Shown here: one piece after another, positions 34,913-44,143 of the stretch
How the letters are laid out: the number at the start of each line of letters is the position of its first letter
Position numbering within the stretch: position 1 is the stretch's first letter
Source of the DNA: Catajapyx aquilonaris
Taxonomy: Eukaryota
Direction of reading: 5' to 3'
Assembly (NCBI GenBank): GCA_000934665.2
Contig: JYFJ02003280.1
Location: forward strand, 1-44,143
Length of the DNA stretch: 44,143 bases
The notes under the pieces: generated by a model
What the model was told of the DNA's origin: nothing
The model's input: only the letters and a program-made list of their open reading frames with translations
Database searches by the model: none
Program-made: the position numbers and the translations under genes

Positions 34913-37900
34913 TCACAAGTACTGCTGCTTCCTCCTTGGGGTTACAACGTCTCTCTGCAGGTCGGCTACACGACGGTGTGGTGTGACCACATGGGTTGAA
35001 GGAGAGGTTGCTGCCATTTCCCGCGCCCTCTGTGACTGCTGGTTGGGTGGCGACCTGAACCGTGACTTTATGTTGGCTGCCGTGGCTTGGAACATGCCGA
35101 GAGCCCTCACCAGTGGCTTCGGAGACGTAGGGGGAGGAGCCTGTACAGTGGGGATAGGGGAGATCACAGGTGGGGGAGGTGGAGCAACCCTCATACGCTC
35201 TTTTCCCTGCATGGTTTGGGCAACACGGTCTAGATCAACACCAGGAGGTGAAGGGGGACTGTCTGTGGCGGGGGGAGGGGAGCCCCACACTGACAATACA
35301 AGACCTCCAGAGGCACCTCCGGAATCACTGGCATCGATCAAGCTATGCCTCATCACCACCACACTGGAATTGCGCTTTATCCTTGGAGGAGCTTGCGGAC
35401 GGAGGTCCAGGTCATCTCGAGAGGCGTGGATCCGCCTTTGGACTGGCTCAGCTAAAAGCAAATAAGAGTATGATCAACCACCCGCCAATACTGTACAAAA
35501 TATCTAAGCCACACTGACTTACATGAAACACTGGGCTTTGCTAGTGGAGGAGGTGGCACCTTGGGCAATACAACATACGGTGAGGTGACAGCCATCTTGG
35601 GAGAAAAGCTATTTTCAGTCACCACAACCTCATACTTGTGCAATGGCGTATGGTGAGGGGAGCCTACAGTTCGATGGTTGGCAGCTGAATGTTCATCTCT
35701 CCGTTCAACAGGAAGGTTATTTTTTGGGCGGTCATGACGATCACAGGAGTGGTTGACTATAGGACGGTCATCACGACGTTCACTGGGTTGGCTTGTAACT
35801 GGGCGATCTTCACATCGTTCAGGGGGAAGCTTTACAACAAGGCGCTCGACCGGATGGATTACATTGGGCCGGTCATCACGACGTACACTGGGATGGTTGG
35901 CAGGTTGTGGATTCTGACGTTCGCCAGAATAATTCCTTATTATGCGATCATCACAACGGTCTCTGGAAACATGGTCTTCACGTCGTTCACCAACATGGTT
36001 TCCAAGTGGGCGGTCATCATGTCGACCAACCTTAACATGGTCATCCTTACTTTCAGACTTAGAATGATCATCACAACTTTCAACTTTAGCATGGTTATTG
36101 CGACGTTCAACTTTGGGATGGTCACCAATTCGTTCTGCCTTTGCTTGGTCAACACGCCGTTCGATCTTGGCATAGTTGTCAACATGCTCCAGCTTTGCAT
36201 GACCATCAGGTAAATGGTTGTGAGCCTCAGACAGTTTCTGGCGCCCTCGTTTCATCTCCTCCAGCAAACTCTCAACAGCCTTCTTGGTGTCTCTCAACTC
36301 CCTGTCCTCTTTACCTCCACTTTCCTCTTCTTCTTCAGATGTGGTCTGACAGGCCTTGTCCACCACCTGTGGCCAGATGGCCTCATAGTCCCTCCGCTTA
36401 CGAACATCTGCCTCTTTGCACACTGCCTGCCTAAAGCTGTGCCGCCTTTCCCGCACACCCAGGCTGGCAGCTGCTGTCATTTTTCGGGGCATGTCTGCAA
36501 TATCATGTGAGCCTGAGGGTGATACCACCAGTGAGGAAGGTCTGGGGTGGTTCTGGCCTCTCCGGTTGCGAGGCACCACCTTGGCATATAGGGCAGACAG
36601 GTTGCGAGCCTTCGTTGCCTCAGAGTATGATGGGGGCGACCTGGTCTCATCTGGAAGTTGCCAGGTACAGCTGCGGCTTCTAGTCAAGGCAGAAGAAGTC
36701 ACTGGCTTGGGCTCTGGAGCATCCCCCAGTGATGGGTGGCTCCCATGTATGGTCTTCACATTAGCATACTGATGACCACCAACTGCAACTTCCTCACGCA
36801 CATCCATTGATTTCTGCCGTGGTGGGACTACAGGTTTTCTTGGACCTCCGCGTGTTTCCAGGCCAAGGTATGGAAGTGGATTGCTCTCCACCACAGGCTT
36901 TGACTCATCTGAAGCCACTGCTTGGAAACTGCGCCCTGACCAGTGTATCTTGACTGACTTGCTGCGCTTGATCAGAAGAGATGGCTTTTTGGCTGGAGGT
37001 GTTGCAGGGACATAAAATGTGCTCTGATTTGCTTGCTTTGGCCAGCACTCTGCTGATGATGGCTTTTCGAAAAATGCCTTGAGCCTCACTATACTTGGTT
37101 TACGAAGCAGTGCATTGCGAATTGGACTTGCCCTGGAGCTGCTAGGTTCTGAGTGTGACTCGGATTTGTCCCCTATGGAAAAATTGAAGAGCCTGTGTCT
37201 CCGTTTCTGCAGGCTTCCTGAATTGGATGACAATTCCAGACTGTCTGAAGATGACTGCAGTGGCGAGGGTGATGCTGATACTGGCTGGAAAGACCGCTGT
37301 TTTGCATTCAGATTCTCCACTTCTTTCTCCAACTTGGAGACAGCAGCTGTTACTGGATCCTTCCGATGATTCTTCTTTGGAAGTGGAGGTGCCTTGTCTC
37401 GCACTAATGCAAGGGGTATATTGGTATAGTTGGGAGGGGGTTTTGGAAGGGGCCGAGATTGGGGGTCTGACTCATCAGATGCCTCAGACCCTTCCTTCTC
37501 CTTCTGGTCAACCTTCTCTTCCTCCCGTAGTGAGTCTAAAGACTCATAGAGTGGGTCTATTTTGTCCATTAGAGGAAGGCCCTCTTGGTCCACATTCGCA
37601 TAAGGATGTGCATTTATTATCTTGAGCTGCTCTTCAAAAAGCTCCCGCACAGCACGGTGAACTAGGATGTATTGCTCCTTGGTTTGGACCATGGCTACAC
37701 GCTGTCGACGCATGTCACACACCAATGCTGACAGGCTGAATGACTCAGTCAGTTTCTACATGAAAAGAAAGGTCATGAGTGCAAATGTTAATAAAGCTCA
37801 TGCACATTTTTCATCTTGCAGTTGCATCTACAGATTTCTGAATAACCAATACTCTCAATGTACAGTACTGTATAGTATACGTAATAATTAGAGAACGGAT

Positions 37901-40900
37901 TTCTAGGTTTTTACCTACTTTTTCTTTTGTAGGTAGAACACCGGAACCAAAATATCTATCCGTTTCATAACACAAGGACCTAAAAAATCGTAGTTTTATA
38001 GAACCTAAAAATGCTTATTTCGGGTGTTGGGACCTAAATGGCGTATTAGCACCTATTAGTGCCTATTTCGACCTTTTTCACGCCATTCGGTAAGATTTTC
38101 GAGAGTTCTGCAGGTTTTCCACTCAAGGAATCCCTCCCACTTCAACCTGTGACGAGAGAAGAAGCGGTTGATGGGTAAGATCCCGGGAAATATGCCGTTA
38201 ACCGATATTGCGACTCGAAATAACTGTTATTAATAGCCGTTAAATAAGCTGCTACATTCGGCCCGACGGCTTTTCTATCTGCCATATTGGTTCCCCGTGA
38301 GGGAGGATCTTAACTGTCGCCGAAAATCTGCGATTAACCACCGAAAATATGGAATAACTGCTAGTTTGTTACTATGCTGCAAAATTCCATTGTGTAGAAA
38401 TTAAAATAAATTAGAACCAGCCTGATTTAAGAGCCTATTTTGACTGTTTTCAGGGCCTAAATGCCTACCTATTTGAGGGTTTTTTAGAACCCAGAAATCC
38501 GTTCTCTAGTAATAATATTCTTTCAAGAATGTCATTTTTGCCATTTGGTAACCTGTTGCCCCCGTTTCCAACTGGTGGCAATTCGAAAGTGGGAGGTTCC
38601 AGAAGTGCACTCTCAGATACCCATTGCTTATACAGCATATTATTATAAGAAAAAGTCTCATATAGCCAAGGTGAGGTGAAAAATGAGCCCGATATATCCG
38701 GAGTAAAAATACACAGGATCTTATGGAAGTTTGCTAGGACAAGCCTTTCGAGTCTGTTATATCTGCGGTCAACTGCACTTTATGGAATGAGTCAGATTTC
38801 TGAAGTGCTGTGTGAATGACCCAAGCGACTTAGTTACTAACATCTCAACTAGTAAGCGTTGAAGGTTGAATCACATCTTTCAAATGATAGTGGTGATGTT
38901 GGAAATCCCAGACAAATTGTTGATAATACTGATAATGCCATCAAAGTAGGCAAAGCAGGCAAGGACTAACAACTATCTTTATGGAGCCATTTATAGCCTT
39001 GTGAAAACACTGATAACACCTGAAGCTTCCACATGAAGTCTAAGAAAAAGGAATGCAAGAGTTAACACCCTGTCTGATAAAAACCTCTAGCCTTACTTTC
39101 TCATCAAAAAATTCCAGTGGACTATGAACATTACAGTACAGTTGAATCCAGATATAACAGCCTCGGCTATAACGGACTTTTGGTTATAACATACTCGAAG
39201 CGCCGTTCCTGGCAAATTTTCACAAGGCCATGTGCATTTTTACCCGTAACCAATAACAGACCATTTTTTTGATTACTCAGCTTCCTTTCCCACGTGAGGA
39301 AAGCATTGAATACTGGAGAGGGGGGGATTTTCACATGTCACTTATCTAACACTTGCCGAAAAGGTCAAAATCATTATTTTTTTGGTATATTTGGCAAGTT
39401 GGAGACAGCAGGAGAAAGTGACGTTTTTTTTGGTCCTGCGTAATTTACAGATAAGCTAAATTCGCATTTCGTGGATAGTTTCATTAATCAGTATGCAGTA
39501 GTGTACATTATAAACATATGGAAAGCAGAAAATTGCATGTATTTGTTGCAAAATTGGTGATTTGGCTATAAGAGACACGGTTACAGCATAACATACTGAT
39601 TTCCTCAGTCCCTTGAAGCCTGTGATATCTGGATTCAACCGTATTTCATACCTAAAAATACACATAAGTGATTCGAACTTTTGAAACTTGGTCAAGGCAT
39701 TGCCCAAGGTGAGGTACTAACGTCACTATATGCATTACTGTAAGCTACTGCATATCTAAGGACAACAACTCAAACTTCCTCATGCGCACCTGCCCTTTCT
39801 TGCAACACTTATCAAAGTTTGCAGGGGTCAAAGGACAGAGCCAAAATTGCCCCACTTTGTGAATGATGTGCCTGTTATGAAAGTACACAACAAATAACAA
39901 ACACCTGTGAGATAAGCGATGAACAAAAGGACGCTTTCAAGGCACTAGCCCAACTGCTGATGGAATAGAGATGGCAGACAGTAAACAAAACTCACCCCAG
40001 TGCGCAACAACCCCCACACATAATCAATGGCGCAGATAGTTCCTGTTCGGCCACAACCAGCACTGCAATGAACCAGGACAGGGAGAGTCTCTGAGGCTTG
40101 GCAGTCCCTCACCAGGCGCACCATGTCCAGCAAGGGGCGAACCATGGGTGGGACTCCATGATCAGGCCATGTTGAATAGTGGAACTGGCACACTGTCCTC
40201 TCCTCTGCAATTAGTGTCACCAATCAATAAAAGTGCTAATGGAAACAATACACAGTGGTTTGGACAGTACACTATTAGCTTGCATCAAAGCACAAAGGTT
40301 GGGGCATGAAATCTAATCTTTGGAAACAATTGTCATACTGAAGTAGTCATACGAACTCATGCTTATTACTAGACTTGGCAAGTGAAGAGATTGTCGTATA
40401 TTGTCAAAATCGTTGCGAATTGATTAACAGAAGCAGATAGCCCTCAAGGATAGCTGCTAACTGATGGGGAGAGTGGGTAGATCTCCATATACCTCATTCT
40501 TACCCTTCTTAGAAGAAATTGTTCACATCCACATATTTTCTTACTTTTAAAACGTCGACATGACAGCAACCTATACCAACACACCCAGCCTTAGACCTAT
40601 GTGCCAGTCTATTCACCAGGTGTGCATTTTACAAAATCAGGTCACCCCTGCTTTTACCAGCATATAATTTGCAGCATATTTTTAGTTGGATACACATTTT
40701 AATACAGATGTTGACAACTAGCAGACCTTCCCAATGTCCCCATGTCCCACTAATGTGAAACATGACACATTAAATTTCTTATTCACAGAGCGTATATCAC
40801 CATAACTCAATAACCCGTGTCCTCGGGATTACCTTACCAAATTTTCCTTCATCATTGGAATAGCGAATCTGCATGGTTCGCACAAGGAAATCAGGGCAAA

Positions 40901-43654
40901 CTTGTCTCGCCTTCACCAGGCTCACTGTCACCTTCCCAAACTGCTTTTCTTCCCCTTCCTTCTCTGCCCAGTAGTTCTCACACTTGTGCTGAAAAACAAT
41001 CATCAAGAGATGAACAAATAGTCATTTAAGCAGTAAAAGACTCAGTTCAAATTCTATCTTATGATTAGCGAAACGCATTTCCCTGATGCCCCAATTAGCA
41101 TACTTTCACACCCAAACTCCCTGTGGCAGTGGTTGGGGGCCTACTAACCCACAAAGGCATCTCATTATATGCCCGGTGCCTACTTTGCAAGCCTCCACCC
41201 GTGCATTTTTGTCCTCACCTCACGGACGGCTGCCTGCTCTTCACCGTACTTCCTCTTTTTTGTGTGCTTATTTTGCCTCATCCCCCACCCCCTCCCAAAC
41301 CTTTTCTCCTCTGGACCCATGATGCTCCAGTAATGAATGCAAAGGAGACGTGTGGTAACAAGGTCATGGTCTTTTTTGTGGGCTAAGGAAAAAACCTGAT
41401 TCAGTGCATAGTGAAACTTGGCCAATTTAGATTTCTTTCTTTCAGATCTAGCACCACGTTTAAGCCATACCAGCTGGTTTTGTGTGCTGCTGTGTGTAAT
41501 TAGGACCTCATTGTTTTATTGTTCCTGGCAATTTCCTGTTGAATGCACCACAACAAATATTACGTAAGGTCATGATCACAATAATGGATTCTGTAACACT
41601 CAAAATTTACGACTCTACACCAAATTCCACAGGTGTCTTGACCTACAAACATATTGCCAATTAACAGGTGCCTTGAAGCATACAATTCTAATGGGAAATA
41701 TAAATAACATGCCATGTGCACAGCCTGGTAATGATTTGCCTAGGTGTATTAACCTAACAACTTGCAACACACATGCTCAATGAAGAAAAGTTTTATAATC
41801 ATTAGATTTGACATCTTCTATGTAGTCCTCCAATTTTCCACCAGACATCCCACAGTCTAATGACGTCATGATTTTTTTAAACCTAATTGACCTTTATATT
41901 TAAATGGCACCTCACCTTCCCAGATTCTTGCTCGTTGCAGGCCATGACAATGACTTGCACCTCGCACTCAACCACCATCCTCCAAAAGTCAACCACCGTG
42001 TTAGGTAAGGGGCCCTGACAAGTGATGTATGCTGCCGAGCCACTTGCCCCCTTGATGTAGCTGGCATTGGTGTAGTCACTTCCAGGAACTCCGCCATAGT
42101 CACTCAGAATCACTCGTGTGTGGTCAACTGGGAAATAAGTGTCACCATAGAGCACAGTGACTTATGAAGAAATGTATCTAAAATTGTTATCAGGCTGATT
42201 CACCCTAGGTTCAGCTTAATCACACATCCTTAGAAAACTAGAGTGGTTGGGAAACAAAAATAGGAGCATACATGGAAGGATGTCCTTGTATCTGTTCTTC
42301 TTTCTATTGACATCCTTCTCCCCTTGTTGGCATGTGTACTGCGGTGACCGCTTCAGGCTCTCGCTGAATGCTTTCAGTTCCTGCCCAATAAAAAAAATTA
42401 TGGATATCTGTTAGTAAAATGTAGCGATTGATTGGCTCGAGTAGTCACTAATTATTCAAGTAAATATGTTCCATTGAATTAACCTTGGACAGTGATACAA
42501 GTCGGCACCTTATACACAGACAAACACATGTGCCGCTTCATGTAATCATTGTTATGTCACCCAACATTAGATAACAATAATCATCCTGTGTAGCTGACGT
42601 CACATTTTACTTATTTAGTCCAGCTGTCTCACTTCCTCATGCTGTTTAGCACACCAGCATACTTGACAGGGCCAATGTAGACTGCTTTCCTAAGACACTT
42701 GTCAAAAGTGTTAAGGGTTGCATTGCAAAAATAGTCGCATTCAATTTTCTGGGAAGCCATAACAGAAACCAAGTTTCAATACAAGTGATTCAATGCTGTT
42801 GACATAAATTAAGCTTGATTCATGTGAATGACACAAAGTATCTGATTCAATCTACTACGCAGTATTCCTTACAATACTTTTTGGTTGCCCTGAATCCTAA
42901 AATTGAGTACTGCATCACTTTTACAATGATGTGCCTTATCTCCACATGGTTATTAACTACTGATGAATTGTAACAGTGAAAAAGTTACGTTAGTTACACT
43001 TCCCCATGGCTATATGTACGTGAAATGAGTTTGGTAATGTTGACTGTATTCTTTATTAAATGTCCAAATTTCACTGATTCATTAGGTTCCTGACCAGCAT
43101 GTTACTTCCCACAATTGATGCTATTTCAGAGTCACTGCGCACCCACATGTCACAACACGAACATGTCACCCACACTAAAGCGTGCCCACGAATAGAATCC
43201 CTGCGAACAAGTAGGTCACACACATTAGATCAACATTCAATGTGTCACAAGCCACTTTCAAACACAAAACTCATTGCCTGTGGTAAGTGAAGAGCAAATG
43301 CGGCGGGCAGATTTTGGAAATTAACAAATCATATCTGTGGACTACTGCCCACTGAATGTTTTAATCCGATCGCTAGTGACACTTGTCAACTTTGGTCTAG
43401 ATGATATGGACTAATGTTGCAATGACATGTACAGTAACATGTAGTGTCCCCGAGTGACGCGTGGTCATTTCAGCAATGCACCTGTCCCCATGTTGCGTTA
43501 CCTGGAATTCCTTCTCGAACTGGTCGTCCCCCCTGAGCCTCCTCTGCTCCAGGTTCTCAACGTGGTTGACAAAGTTCTGCAGCACCGTCCTGAGGGGCAC
43601 CCTCTGCTGCTGCTCCCCTGCCCCACCACCACCGCCGCCCCCGTCGCCCTTCAT
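34913..43654 (-). CDS. PTPN12: Non-receptor protein tyrosine phosphatase of the PTP-PEST family (PTPN12/18/22-like), 1201 aa (exons 43654-43502, 42380-42272, 42127-41916, 40988-40838, 40204-39996, 37755-35523, 35451-34913)
   Basis: N-terminal PTP domain with KNRYKDILPFDH, DYTNAS, QGPLPNTVVDFWRM, KCENYW, WPDHGVP, HCSAGCGRTG (the form found in PTPN12/18/22) and VQTKEQY, followed by a long Pro/Ser-rich tail. All six introns are GT-AG with consistent phases (0,1,0,1,0,1); minus-strand AATAAA at 33879-33874. Confidence 0.92.
35671..36216 (-). repeat. Degenerate coding tandem repeat (9-aa and 12/13-aa ERxDD units) in the phosphatase tail
   Basis: EHVDNYAKI/ERRVDQAKA/ERIGDHPKV/ERRNNHAKV/ESCDDHSKS/ESKDDHVKV/GRHDDRPLGNHVG/...ERCEDRPVTSQPS/ERRDDRPIVNHSC... 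Confidence 0.75.
37889..38508 (+). mobile_element. Non-autonomous hAT-type DNA transposon (620 bp) in PTP intron 5
   Basis: TIRs TAGAGAACGGATTTCT(A/G)GGTT at both ends; perfect 8-bp TSD GTAATAAT (37881-37888 and 38509-38516); internal remnant ILTVAENLRLTTENME*LLVCYY from 38307. Confidence 0.9.
39139..39641. mobile_element. Tigger/pogo-like MITE (503 bp) in PTP intron 5
   Basis: TA-CAGTTGAATCCAGATATAAC ... GTGATATCTGGATTCAACCG-TA; TA TSD; subterminal G(C/T)TATAAC repeats. Confidence 0.82.
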
Positions 43655-44143
43655 GCCGCCCGTCCAGCAGGAGTGTCGTCGTCGTGGTCCTCCTCCCTTC
43701 CGGGCGCATGTCACCCACACTGGACCGGAGTTGAAATGTTCCCCCGTGTCAGGCGCAGTAGTGTTCCTGAGCGAGCACGCACAGCCCGGGCCGCATGTGT
43801 CCGTCGTCGTCTGAGGAGCGGCGACAACTGCGCAGCATGACACACGACGGGTGGGTGGGTGGCGAGGGGGTGCACTGCACTGGCAGCGGCAGCGCTGCTC
43901 AGGAAATGCCACCCTCCCCCCCCCCCCCGTCCACCAATGCAGCTCGAGACTTGTGGTGTGTGGGAGAAAAGATTAGAGAGAGCCAAGCGAATGAGTGCGT
44001 GAGTGTGTTGCGATGGAAGCGACGCTGGGCGGAATTCCTCTCTGGAATGCGATGGTGGTGGTGGTGGAGGAGGAGTGGCGGGAGTGTACGCGTATTCCTT
44101 AACCCTACCTGGGCTCAACTGGCGCTTCCGAATGCGCATCACC

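Noticed and set aside
43655..43912. In-frame N-terminal extension of the phosphatase from 43912
   Set aside because: It starts at GTG; the first in-frame ATG is 43654, immediately before the PTP N-terminal helix. Treated as 5' UTR.

Overview
Eukaryotic genomic DNA with GT-AG introns; the SINE/MITE types and gene content suggest an arthropod (inference). Left 17.4 kb: the first three coding exons of a minus-strand LRIG/lambik-type LRR receptor gene, with 5.5 kb and 9.7 kb introns. 17.5-26 kb: intergenic, rich in repeats and TE debris. 26.1-33.8 kb: a compact cluster of small spliced genes that the ORF track only shows as fragments. Most encode a signal peptide (or signal anchor), a low-complexity ectodomain, one TM helix and a short tail; three share a C-terminal motif L[TS]xxVxxA[LI]xxY, and a fourth has a variant of it followed by a 4-Cys module. 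A SPOP-like MATH gene that has lost its BTB core sits inside the cluster. 34.9-43.7 kb: a complete 7-exon PTP-PEST-family (PTPN12/18/22-like) tyrosine phosphatase gene on the minus strand. Mobile DNA: a hAT deletion derivative with 8-bp TSD, a Tigger/pogo-like MITE, two copies of a CRE-centred palindromic MITE, and a tRNA-derived SINE inside an AT-rich minisatellite. The best candidate for an undescribed system is the small membrane-protein cluster. All gene models were built by hand from splice signals and frame continuity; none is supported by RNA or database evidence here.
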